Virus record (IMG/VR): IMGVR_UViG_3300042934_000260
Span: 1-44,106 of that record
DNA: 44,106 nucleotides
Reading direction: 5' to 3' (one strand)
Source of the DNA: a virus
In this document: one piece after another, positions 1 through 8,148 of the stretch
How the letters are laid out: each line of letters opens with the position of its first letter
Position numbering within the stretch: the first letter of the stretch is position 1
Notes under the pieces: generated by a model
Told to the model about the DNA's origin: nothing
Seen by the model: the letters and a program-made list of their open reading frames with translations, nothing else
The model's database searches: none
Translations under genes and position numbers: made by a program

Positions 1-127
1 AAGCGAACAAATCGAGCTGGTAAAGCTGAACAGTCCCATCCTTGAGCGCTACGAATACAACGTGGCTGATACGAGCTTTTGGAACCAGAGCAAGACGGAG
101 AACACGAACCCGGCCGAGATCTTCGCC
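1..127. repeat. Left copy of the 127-bp terminal duplication (assembly overlap)
   Basis: Base-for-base identical to 43980-44106 by direct comparison. Confidence 0.95.
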
Positions 128-511
128 TCTAAACATATTTACCTGCTGCAGGCCAAGAAGGAGCGCATTAACGGCTGGAAGCGGCTGCGGGAATGGATCA
201 AGGTCGAAGATAAGCTCGATCACGTTACGGGCAAGTGGTACAAGGACGCGCGTCTCAAGATATTCAGCACGTGCGTGAAGACGATCGAAGCCATACCGTC
301 TATGGTACACGATGAACGCAAGGTCGAGGATGTGGCCGCGCACAAGCTTGATCACATCCCGGACGCGCTTCGGTATTGGATTATGACCCGGCACACGGAT
401 GGTCGCGGAGAAACGGCTTGGAATGCGTCTGCGGGATCAATTGCTGACCGCCGCACATCATTTGATGACGATGAAGACGACGGCCTGCCGGTTGTGAAAG
501 GATTTTGGTAA
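1..511 (+). CDS. terL: Terminase large subunit, C-terminal (nuclease) part; continues in frame from 43045..43979
   Basis: The frame of 43045 runs through the junction, because 43981 corresponds to position 2, which is the frame of ORF 62..511. The joined ORF is 481 aa. The C-terminus carries DHIPDALRYW-type nuclease-domain residues. Confidence 0.9.
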   Translation, partial: SEQIELVKLNSPILERYEYNVADTSFWNQSKTENTNPAEIFASKHIYLLQAKKERINGWKRLREWIKVEDKLDHVTGKWYKDARLKIFSTCVKTIEAIPSMVHDERKVEDVAAHKLDHIPDALRYWIMTRHTDGRGETAWNASAGSIADRRTSFDDDEDDGLPVVKGFW

Positions 512-524
512 AGGAGGCCAGATC

Positions 525-752
525 ATGGCATATATCGTAGCAATCGCACTGGCCGCTCTGGCTGGTGCTTTTTTTGTGATCTACCGGCAACAGGACAAGA
601 TCGACGATCTGACCGAACGCCTGGTAGCCCGCAATCAATCGGAGTATCTGGCGTCGGTCGCAGCTAAAGCGCCGGCCGAACCAGAGCCGGAGTATCAGCC
701 TCGTCTGAGCTTCTTCGACCAGCAGCTTAGAGAGAAGGAGCGTGAACAATGA
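525..752 (+). CDS. Small membrane-anchored protein (N-terminal TM helix, acidic tail)
   Basis: 75-aa ORF with hydrophobic N-terminus IVAIALAALAGAFFVIY and RBS aaggagg upstream. ATGA overlap with the portal start. Confidence 0.6.
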   Translation: MAYIVAIALAALAGAFFVIYRQQDKIDDLTERLVARNQSEYLASVAAKAPAEPEPEYQPRLSFFDQQLREKEREQ

Positions 753-2965
753 GTATCCTGACAAAAGCAGCACAGAAGGCGCAGGGCATCTTTTATAAGA
801 CGGAGCCGGAAGACCAGCGGCTGACGCAAGATCCGAATACGGAAGAACAGCAGCGTCTCGTGGATATGGCCTTGGGTGATTGGGAAGTGTTTAAGCCTCC
901 CCGCGAACAGATGCACGATCGATGGGCCGAGGAGCAACGGTTTTACAACGGGGATCACTGGTTCGGACTGCGGACAGACGCCGAGACTCGAATGCGGCCG
1001 AACGCGAAGGAAAACATCTTCTTCTCACAGATCGAATCGATCGTAGGCAAACTGTGCGGCTGGACACCGGTACCGGACTTCCAAGAGCAGGAAGACGGCG
1101 ACAAAGACAAGGCTTCCGCGCTGAACGATTTCATTCCTCAGGAGCTTAAACAGATCCGCTTTCGAGAGAAGTATAAGCGTGCGGTACGCCGGGCAATCCT
1201 GCATGGTCCGCTGATCTTCCAAGTCCTGCATGACCCGGATTACGAAGGCGGCCGCGGCAATTACAAATACAAAGGCCGTAACGACATTGCGCCGGTGGAT
1301 CTGTACAGCTTCTACCCGGACCCGCGCATTACGGACTTTATCGAGCTGCAGCGGATGTCCGCCATCATCGTAAAGCCGGAGCCGCGGACGATGGAGTATA
1401 TCCGCAAGCGTTGGCCGGACCAAGGCGTCAAGGTGCAGCCGGACAATACGCTTGGTCAACATGGGGAAACGCCGGGTTATCAAAGCAGCGAAGCGTTTAA
1501 CCGGGACCTCTACGGCGGCGCAGGACGAACGTATACAGGCACACAGACTGCGGAGATCCTGGAATACTGGTACCGCGGACTGCCAAAGGTTGTCACACGC
1601 GATGATCGGGAGTTGTTCCGGGATATGGCCGACATGGCCTTAGAGCGCGGTGCGGATCCTGCAGAGTATGCAGCCAAGGCGAAAGGCGATATGGACGGCA
1701 TTCACTGCATCTACGTGAGCAAGAACGGCGTGTTCCTAGAACACAAGGCGTATGTTTACGACCATGGGCAGTATCCGTTCGTCGCCCGCACGTTGTACCC
1801 GGAAGAGGGTAACATCTGGGGCAAAGGCATGGGACGCGATATGATCCAGCCGCAAATCTTCCTCAATAAGTACAGCGAGATCGTGATGGAAACCATGTCC
1901 AAGCAGGGCAACAGCGCGATTATGTACGAGGAAGGGGCCATTACTAAGCCGAGAACGTGGCAGGAACAGCGTTCGATGCCTGGTGCAATGCTTCCGGTAG
2001 CGGCAGGACGGATGAACTCTATCAAGGAGCTGGAAGGCGTGAACGTGCCTTCTACGGCGCAGAACATGCAGCAGTATTACCAGCTGGTCTTGCAGAAGAT
2101 CCCGGGTCAGTTCGACTCCTCTAACGGAGCAGCGGACAGCCGGGTAACATCCGGCGAGCAGGCCAAAGCGCTGATCGCTGCCGCTGGCACAAGGCTCAAT
2201 ACCGTATCCGACATGATCTCCGAAGAACTTGAGGAGGTCTTTTTGCAGTACATCGAACTCGCCTGTCAGTTTTACACGGACGAACGGATTGCTCGTGTGA
2301 ACGGGCGTCGGGTGTCGATCAGCCGCGCATCCTTGGTCAGCAGCGTACCTACCGAATACATCCCGGTTGATGACGGTATGGATCCGGAGCAACTTCAGGA
2401 ACCGCAGATGGACCCTGAAACGGGGGAAATGATCGCTCCTCAGCCCGCAGAACAATCGGAGCCGCTTGAACTTAATGAAGAGTTCGTTCCGGAGTTCGAC
2501 ATCCGCGTCAATATCGGCGTAGACAAGCCGCAGGACCGAGAATACTGGATGCAGCTCGCCTTTAACATGATGCAGATGATGGACCCAATCAAACAAACGC
2601 CGATGATCGATGCAGAGGCGGTTCGATACACCGTTCAAACGGGCCGTATGGAGACGATGGACGTCATACAGCGGCGGATCGACGAGGAAGTCCAACAGGC
2701 ACAGCAAACGCAGCAATCCGCGCAGCAGTTGGAACAGCTCCAAGCGGAGAACCAGCAGCTGCAGCAGGCGCTTCAAGAAGCGGGCATCCAGCTCGAGCAG
2801 ATGAACGATGAAGACCGCCAGATTGACCGTCAGTTGAAGATCGGCGAGCACCAGCTTAAAGAAGCTAAGGTTGCCACAGAGTTGATGAAGAACGGATACC
2901 AGGCTCCCCCCTTAGAGCCAACTACGCAGCAGTTCGACATCACACAAGGAAGCGAATCGTTTTAA
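749..2965 (+). CDS. Portal protein (738 aa) with long Gln-rich C-terminal coiled coil
   Basis: Size and position directly after terL. Sequence character is portal-like, and the C-terminal QQ/LQ heptad-like tail recalls the P22 portal barrel. Confidence 0.75.
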   Translation: MSILTKAAQKAQGIFYKTEPEDQRLTQDPNTEEQQRLVDMALGDWEVFKPPREQMHDRWAEEQRFYNGDHWFGLRTDAETRMRPNAKENIFFSQIESIVGKLCGWTPVPDFQEQEDGDKDKASALNDFIPQELKQIRFREKYKRAVRRAILHGPLIFQVLHDPDYEGGRGNYKYKGRNDIAPVDLYSFYPDPRITDFIELQRMSAIIVKPEPRTMEYIRKRWPDQGVKVQPDNTLGQHGETPGYQSSEAFNRDLYGGAGRTYTGTQTAEILEYWYRGLPKVVTRDDRELFRDMADMALERGADPAEYAAKAKGDMDGIHCIYVSKNGVFLEHKAYVYDHGQYPFVARTLYPEEGNIWGKGMGRDMIQPQIFLNKYSEIVMETMSKQGNSAIMYEEGAITKPRTWQEQRSMPGAMLPVAAGRMNSIKELEGVNVPSTAQNMQQYYQLVLQKIPGQFDSSNGAADSRVTSGEQAKALIAAAGTRLNTVSDMISEELEEVFLQYIELACQFYTDERIARVNGRRVSISRASLVSSVPTEYIPVDDGMDPEQLQEPQMDPETGEMIAPQPAEQSEPLELNEEFVPEFDIRVNIGVDKPQDREYWMQLAFNMMQMMDPIKQTPMIDAEAVRYTVQTGRMETMDVIQRRIDEEVQQAQQTQQSAQQLEQLQAENQQLQQALQEAGIQLEQMNDEDRQIDRQLKIGEHQLKEAKVATELMKNGYQAPPLEPTTQQFDITQGSESF

Positions 2966-2966
2966 C

Positions 2967-3004
2967 GGGCTTGCGCTGAGACTGCGCAGGCCTATTTGCT
3001 TTTC
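2967..3004 (+). terminator. Hairpin/attenuator after the portal gene
   Basis: Stem GCTTGCGC / GCGCAGGC with a 7-nt loop, then the interrupted T-run tatttgctttt. Confidence 0.45.
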
Positions 3005-3042
3005 ACACTCAGCCCCTCCCATAGGGCACAGGAGGATTTACC

Positions 3043-4023
3043 ATGACTGATCACAACGAAGAAGTCGGCTCCCAGACCGACATTGAAACGCCAGACGTCG
3101 ACTCCCATATCGACGCATCGCAAGACGGCACGGCAGCAGCTGACCTTTCGTCCGTTCGCGAAATGTTTGGGTTGCCGGCAGTCGAGACAGCAGAAGAGCC
3201 GGATGACCAGCCTGCAGATGATGCGGGTTTGGATGATGAAGCCGCTCCTGAAGACGAGGAGATCGAAGAGGCGCCGCGAGATAAGAATGGGCGCTATGTG
3301 AAATTCAATAAAGAAGACACGTTCGTTCCGGAAGAGGAGTACGACCCGCTTCTTCGCAAAGGCCTGAACTACGACAAGGTTGAAGGCCGGGCTAAAACGT
3401 ACGAGTCAGCACTGGAACGTGTGGCAAAGCTCAGCGGCTACAAAGATCACGCGGACATGCTGGCTAACCTGGACCAGATCGAGCAGCAGCGTACACAGCA
3501 AGAGATCGACGGCTTCGAGACGGTAAAGAATCAGCTTCGCGAACAAGCGAATGACGGGTATCTGGACGCAGATTCCGTTGAGCAGTTTATCAAGCGGACC
3601 GAGGAAGCCATCCAGTACAAAGAGTCGGAACGGCAGCGGAAAGAACAGGAGACACGGGCGCAGCAGGAAACAGAAGGCTGGAACAAGCTTTTCGCCAAAT
3701 ACCCTGATCTTGCATCTCAAGTGCAGGATGAAGGAGACGGGAACATTAAGGCCGACTTCCTCAACCCCGACATGGTTGCACGCATTAGCCGCGGCTACGA
3801 CCCAATCGATGCGTACGAACTGGTCCATCGCGACAATCTTGCGACCGAAGCCAAGAAGAAGACCGAACAGCAGATCCTCAAACAGCAGCGACTCAACAAA
3901 CGTGCCGCGGTCGAAACGACCAACAGCGCACCAAGAGAACCGGAAGTCCCAGCGCAACTCGCAGGGGCTTTTTCTATGTTCGGACTCGATCCGAATGCAG
4001 CTAAAAAATACGTGAAAAAGTGA
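3043..4023 (+). CDS. Scaffolding protein (acidic N-terminus, coiled-coil middle)
   Basis: 326 aa. D/E-rich N-terminal third and helical charged repeats. Sits between the portal and capsid genes. Confidence 0.6.
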   Translation: MTDHNEEVGSQTDIETPDVDSHIDASQDGTAAADLSSVREMFGLPAVETAEEPDDQPADDAGLDDEAAPEDEEIEEAPRDKNGRYVKFNKEDTFVPEEEYDPLLRKGLNYDKVEGRAKTYESALERVAKLSGYKDHADMLANLDQIEQQRTQQEIDGFETVKNQLREQANDGYLDADSVEQFIKRTEEAIQYKESERQRKEQETRAQQETEGWNKLFAKYPDLASQVQDEGDGNIKADFLNPDMVARISRGYDPIDAYELVHRDNLATEAKKKTEQQILKQQRLNKRAAVETTNSAPREPEVPAQLAGAFSMFGLDPNAAKKYVKK

Positions 4024-4033
4024 GGGAACCCAC

Positions 4034-4444
4034 ATGGCATTTGAATTCCACTACAACGACTTCGGCGCTCCACAGCGGCGCACGGACCACATCCTTGCAA
4101 CCAACGGCGAGGCATTCCAAAAGGGTGAAGCGGTAAAGATCGCAAGCGGACGGATTACAAAAGCCGGCCCTACTGACGCTATCTACGGGTTTACAAACCA
4201 AAAACTCGCGGCCGGTACGGATCAAAAGCTCGAAGTCGCGATTGCACGCGAAGGCGATTGGTTTGACGCGCCTTACACCGGCACAGCAGCAGTCGGATTC
4301 GTTATCGCGGCTAACGCTGTAGCCATCACGGCAGACGGTTTGTCGGTAGACGCAGCAACGGTAACGGGCGGCGCACTGACGGTCATTCTGATCGATACCA
4401 ATGGCAAAAAAGCACGTGTCAAAGTTTCCAAACGCCAAATTTAA
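4034..4444 (+). CDS. Putative head decoration/cement protein (DUF2190-like)
   Basis: 136 aa, Ala/Gly/Thr-rich beta-type sequence immediately upstream of the major capsid gene. The family assignment is from memory. Confidence 0.4.
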   Translation: MAFEFHYNDFGAPQRRTDHILATNGEAFQKGEAVKIASGRITKAGPTDAIYGFTNQKLAAGTDQKLEVAIAREGDWFDAPYTGTAAVGFVIAANAVAITADGLSVDAATVTGGALTVILIDTNGKKARVKVSKRQI

Positions 4445-4470
4445 TCGAGAATCGAAGGGAGCATATATAA

Positions 4471-5439
4471 ATGACTACACTGCAAACCGCCCTGTCGTGG
4501 GATAAAAACGTCCTTGAACCGGTATTCCGCGAGCTTTACTCGCAAGAGGTGAAGAGCAAGACCGACTACATCCCGATGATGTACGACGTTAACACATCCA
4601 ATAAAGCTGTCGAGTCGATCGAAATGATCGGCGGCGAAGGACTGATGGAAGAATGGTCCCGCTCGGGCAAACAGGTCTACTACAGCTCGGTGGATGAACT
4701 CTGGCAGAAATACTTCCGTCACGAGAAGTACTCTGACGGACGCCAGATCGACCGCGACTTTATCGACGACCTGAAACTTACCGCAATCAAAGACCGCATC
4801 AAATCGCTGGCTGGATCCGTGTACTACACGCGCCAGATGATGGCTGCTCAGTGGTTCATCAATGGCAATAAGACAACAGGCGCGATCGACTACAATAACC
4901 GCCTGTACGACGCTTCCTTGCCGGACGGCAAAGCACTGTTTGCAACGGATCACCCGCTCTTCCCGGGCGACACAAGCCCTGGGCAATCCAACCTGCTGAC
5001 CACGGAGCTGACGATCGACACGTTCGACGATGCTGTAACGCAAATGCAGGGCTGGACGAACGACAAAGGCAACATCATCCCTGTGATGCCGGATACACTG
5101 ATTGTTAGCCCATACAACCGCCGTGCAGCTCTGCAAATCGCGGGCATCAATGGCAAGGGCGAAGGGTACGAGCCAGGAAACGCAAACCACAACATCAACG
5201 TTTACGAAGGACAAATCAAGGTTGTCGTTAACCCATTCTTCGCAAAAGGCAACAAGAAAGCTTGGGTTGCTGCTGACTCCAGCCGTATGAAACAAGCCAT
5301 GAAATGGTTCGACCGCCGTAAACCGGACGAAAACAGCATGATGGACTTCGATACGGAGATCGCGAAATACTCCGTGATCATGCGGAACTCGTTCGGCTGC
5401 GTAGACTGGACTTGGGGCATCGGCTCCTTCCCGACCTAA
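4471..5439 (+). CDS. Major capsid protein, Mu gpT-like family
   Basis: 322 aa. The FATDHPLFPG segment and the later MPDTLIVSP segment parallel Mu gpT (FDTDHPVYP ... LLVVP). Strong RBS and expected position. Confidence 0.75.
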   Translation: MTTLQTALSWDKNVLEPVFRELYSQEVKSKTDYIPMMYDVNTSNKAVESIEMIGGEGLMEEWSRSGKQVYYSSVDELWQKYFRHEKYSDGRQIDRDFIDDLKLTAIKDRIKSLAGSVYYTRQMMAAQWFINGNKTTGAIDYNNRLYDASLPDGKALFATDHPLFPGDTSPGQSNLLTTELTIDTFDDAVTQMQGWTNDKGNIIPVMPDTLIVSPYNRRAALQIAGINGKGEGYEPGNANHNINVYEGQIKVVVNPFFAKGNKKAWVAADSSRMKQAMKWFDRRKPDENSMMDFDTEIAKYSVIMRNSFGCVDWTWGIGSFPT

Positions 5440-5458
5440 ATCGAAAGGAGACTGAATA

Positions 5459-5788
5459 ATGCCAGGACCGACGAAGTTTAACGCTCTCGACACCAAGACA
5501 CTGACGGTCAATGGGGCTACCGTATTCAGCAATGTGGTGAACGCAACGATCACGTTCGATCCGCCTGCAATCGCGACACTGACTGGCGCTGACTCGTCTG
5601 CTATCACCGTGACAGGCGCGGCACTGGGGGACCGAGTCCTCCTCTTCCCGCCTTACGACACAGCAGGTTTGATTATTTACGGCCGTGTATCCGCGGCCAA
5701 TCAGATCAAAATCACGATGTACAATCCAACCGGGGCGTCTATCGACCTGGCCTCGGGATCATGGAAAGTGAAGGTGCTGCGGCCATGA
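5459..5788 (+). CDS. Small beta-rich head-associated protein
   Basis: 109-aa ORF with RBS aaaggaga, directly after the capsid gene. All-beta style sequence. Confidence 0.5.
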   Translation: MPGPTKFNALDTKTLTVNGATVFSNVVNATITFDPPAIATLTGADSSAITVTGAALGDRVLLFPPYDTAGLIIYGRVSAANQIKITMYNPTGASIDLASGSWKVKVLRP

Positions 5789-5973
5789 GCAAACAGGAGA
5801 AGGTTGAATGGACACTCACCGGACCTAAGGGCGCGGATGTGGAACCGATCGACTATATCCCGCTCAAGCGTGCAGGCAAGGATACTCCGGAATCGGAACG
5901 CGAGCTGATCGAATCGCATAACACGATGGTCAGCTATCTGCGCGATAACAAACTGATGAAGGAGAAAGAATAG
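5785..5973 (+). CDS. Hypothetical protein (62 aa from ATG 5785)
   Basis: ATGA overlap with the preceding stop. The track ORF 5761..5973 is in the same frame. Confidence 0.45.
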   Translation: MSKQEKVEWTLTGPKGADVEPIDYIPLKRAGKDTPESERELIESHNTMVSYLRDNKLMKEKE

Positions 5974-5999
5974 GGAGGGGCTTAGGCTCCTCCTTTTTC
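5974..5999 (+). terminator. Rho-independent terminator after the capsid gene block
   Basis: 8-bp stem GGAGGGGC / GCTCCTCC (one G-T pair), loop TTAG, then TTTTT. Confidence 0.75.
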
Positions 6000-6010
6000 T
6001 ACGTGATGCC

Positions 6011-6148
6011 ATGAAATACAGAACCGAGTTGGATGCGCTGAATGCGCTTGTAGAAAAGCAAGAGCAGACCAACGAGCTTTTGCGGCAGCTCTTGAACAAA
6101 AACGAGAACCCGAGACAACATCGGACGAAAGGGGATAAGCCGGCATGA
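6011..6148 (+). CDS. Possible 45-aa coiled-coil ORF (below the track cutoff)
   Basis: ATG 6011 gives MKYRTELDALNALVEKQEQTNELLRQLL... and its stop overlaps ATG 6145 as ATGA. No clear RBS. Confidence 0.3.
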   Translation: MKYRTELDALNALVEKQEQTNELLRQLLNKNENPRQHRTKGDKPA

Positions 6149-6507
6149 GCAGTCTTTCCAGCAGACGGTCGCCTTCACCGACGTACAACGTCAATAATCC
6201 ACGTTCGATTGACCTCCTCACGAATGGAGCGTCGGGCGCTACGGCAAGCTTCAACGTGAAAGGCGACAGCACCGTACAGGTCGAAATTTACGGCAGCGCG
6301 ACCGCAGGCACGGCTTCTTTTTTCACCATTGGGCGCAGCGGAATTGAACGCGCGGTTATGGGCTATAAACAAGCGGACGCTTCGACCGCGACGACCGGTA
6401 TAAATGGTGACGTTATGAGCTTCGACGTGACGTATGCAGATAAATTTGTGGTGAGACTGGCCGGGGTAACAGGAGGAACGCTTAGCGTGAACGGGAGGGC
6501 GGTATAA
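6145..6507 (+). CDS. Hypothetical beta-rich structural protein
   Basis: 120-aa ORF, Ser/Thr/Gly/Ala-rich. Its stop overlaps the start of the collagen-like gene (TAATG). Confidence 0.5.
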   Translation: MSSLSSRRSPSPTYNVNNPRSIDLLTNGASGATASFNVKGDSTVQVEIYGSATAGTASFFTIGRSGIERAVMGYKQADASTATTGINGDVMSFDVTYADKFVVRLAGVTGGTLSVNGRAV

Positions 6508-7322
6508 TGCCGAGTTCATGGGACAACATTGCGCGGATCATTTCTGCTCAAGCTCGGAAGCAAGTAGCGGAATTTAACCAACAGACGAACACCGTTCCGG
6601 GTCCAACCGGGTCAACGGGTGCTCAAGGTCCGAAAGGTGAAAAAGGAGACCCAGGCGATCCAGGGAAAGATGGAACGCTTGGTCCACAAGGTCCAATGGG
6701 TGTTCAAGGAACCGCGGGAGAACGTGGAGAGGCTGGCCCCGAAGGACCGGTAGGCGTGCAGGGTTCTCGCGGTCCCCAGGGTGTAGAGGGTCCTCCTGGG
6801 CCTCAGGGACCGCAGGGTATTGAAGGGCCGAAAGGCGATGATGGTCCCGTGGGTCCTGCTGGCCCGAAAGGCGACCCAGGCATGCAAGGTCCGCAAGGCG
6901 CTCAAGGAACGAAAGGGGACACCGGAGCGGTTGGTGCAACCGGAGCAAAAGGTGATACCGGTGTTCAAGGCGTCAAAGGTGCGACCGGCGCGACAGGTCC
7001 AGAAGCTCCATATTGGTCGGATGCGGTCATGACAGGCAACGATGGATTCGTCACGGTCACCTTCCCAGCGGGTATGTTTACCGAACCGCCGCAGGTTGAA
7101 GTGACCGCCGTTAACCCGACCAGTACCGCAAACCCGAACGGTGAGAACCGTGCCTACAATGCCGAAGTCATTGGGGATCCAACAACGACGCAGGCTCGAA
7201 TCCGGGTTCGCGCTTACCCCATGGGGTCTGTAACCGTCCTGTTGGGGGCTGTGACGGTCAATGAGGCGCCAGGAAAACCGGTTAAGGTGTTGGTTACTGC
7301 GACCAAACGCCGGATCACGTAG
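6507..7322 (+). CDS. Collagen-like (Gly-X-Y) fibre protein with ~105-aa C-terminal beta domain
   Basis: About 45 uninterrupted GXY triplets ([19 protein letters not shown]...). The C-terminal globular part is [23 protein letters not shown]... Confidence 0.85.
   Translation: MPSSWDNIARIISAQARKQVAEFNQQTNTVPGPTGSTGAQGPKGEKGDPGDPGKDGTLGPQGPMGVQGTAGERGEAGPEGPVGVQGSRGPQGVEGPPGPQGPQGIEGPKGDDGPVGPAGPKGDPGMQGPQGAQGTKGDTGAVGATGAKGDTGVQGVKGATGATGPEAPYWSDAVMTGNDGFVTVTFPAGMFTEPPQVEVTAVNPTSTANPNGENRAYNAEVIGDPTTTQARIRVRAYPMGSVTVLLGAVTVNEAPGKPVKVLVTATKRRIT
6597..7004 (+). repeat. 9-bp-periodic coding repeat encoding the GXY triple-helix region
   Basis: GGN-NNN-NNN periodicity is visible throughout and in frame with the CDS. 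Confidence 0.85.
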
Positions 7323-7333
7323 GAGGCGCAAAG

Positions 7334-7522
7334 ATGGAGTTTGAATTGCATCAAACATATAAGTTCAGGGATGCCGGGACAAAAAAGACCACCGACCGCA
7401 CAATTACGCGCATCGAGGACGGTATGATTTACTGGACAGTTCCCGGCAGCAAAGCCGAATTCATGGGCAACGTTGAATGGTTTTCTGAACAGTTCGACGA
7501 ATGCGGCGTAAAGGAGGGCTGA
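7334..7522 (+). CDS. Hypothetical protein (62 aa)
   Basis: RBS gtaggagg upstream. The stop overlaps the next start. Confidence 0.5.
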   Translation: MEFELHQTYKFRDAGTKKTTDRTITRIEDGMIYWTVPGSKAEFMGNVEWFSEQFDECGVKEG

Positions 7523-8148
7523 TGATGCTCGTTAAAGAAGTTGTGGCGGAGATCCAAGAAAAGGCTCCAAACCTTCTTACTCCGGATTCGATCCTCCGCA
7601 AGATAACGATGGTACGCGACAAACTGATTCGCACGGCGGGATCGTGGCAGCAGCAGACGGATAACATCGCTTCGACCTACGACATCATCGCAGGCGAACC
7701 TTTCTATCCGCTGCCTGCACCGCCTGGGAACATCGAAGAGATCATGATCTACGATACCGTGTTCCGACAGCCTTACACCGAAAACGGCGGAACGTGGCGA
7801 AGATGCCTGCCGCAGAAGCAATTTAACCAAGACTCGCTTAGTTATCTGCGGCCTTACTACTATTACGAAGCAGGAAACATCTGCATCGTGCCTACGCCAT
7901 CATTCGACATGGCATACGGGATCAAGGTATTTCACAGGCCGGTGCTGAACCCGCTCACAACGGCGGATATGAACGGGTCTACGGGCTTTGATCCGAACTT
8001 TGATATCGTCCTGGTGTACGGCGTGCTGCGCGAGATCACCAACGGTAGCATGGCGCAGGAAATGGACGCGAAGTACCAAGAAGCTTTGCAAGACTATAAG
8101 AATGCGAACAACGGTGGCGAAACCTACGCCGTGAAATCGAGGTGGTAA
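7522..8148 (+). CDS. Adaptor-like structural protein, paralogue of 11126..11695
   Basis: RBS aaggaggg is followed by ATGATG at 7522/7525. It shares ordered motifs with 11126..11695: (V/I)(V/I)AE-x5-PN, (I/V)AG-x3-Y-x-L and NI(E/D)(E/K)(I/V). Confidence 0.55.
   Translation: MMLVKEVVAEIQEKAPNLLTPDSILRKITMVRDKLIRTAGSWQQQTDNIASTYDIIAGEPFYPLPAPPGNIEEIMIYDTVFRQPYTENGGTWRRCLPQKQFNQDSLSYLRPYYYYEAGNICIVPTPSFDMAYGIKVFHRPVLNPLTTADMNGSTGFDPNFDIVLVYGVLREITNGSMAQEMDAKYQEALQDYKNANNGGETYAVKSRW

Noticed and set aside
1-127. Genuine direct terminal repeats (physical genome ends)
   Set aside because: The repeat lies in the middle of the terL reading frame, and joining the copies restores a normal-length terminase. 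An assembly overlap of a circular or permuted genome is the simpler explanation.
6597-7004. Highly periodic short DNA repeat that could be taken for a tandem-repeat or CRISPR-like array
   Set aside because: The periodicity is 9 bp (GGN NNN NNN), in frame with an ORF encoding Gly-X-Y collagen triplets. There is no repeat-spacer architecture.
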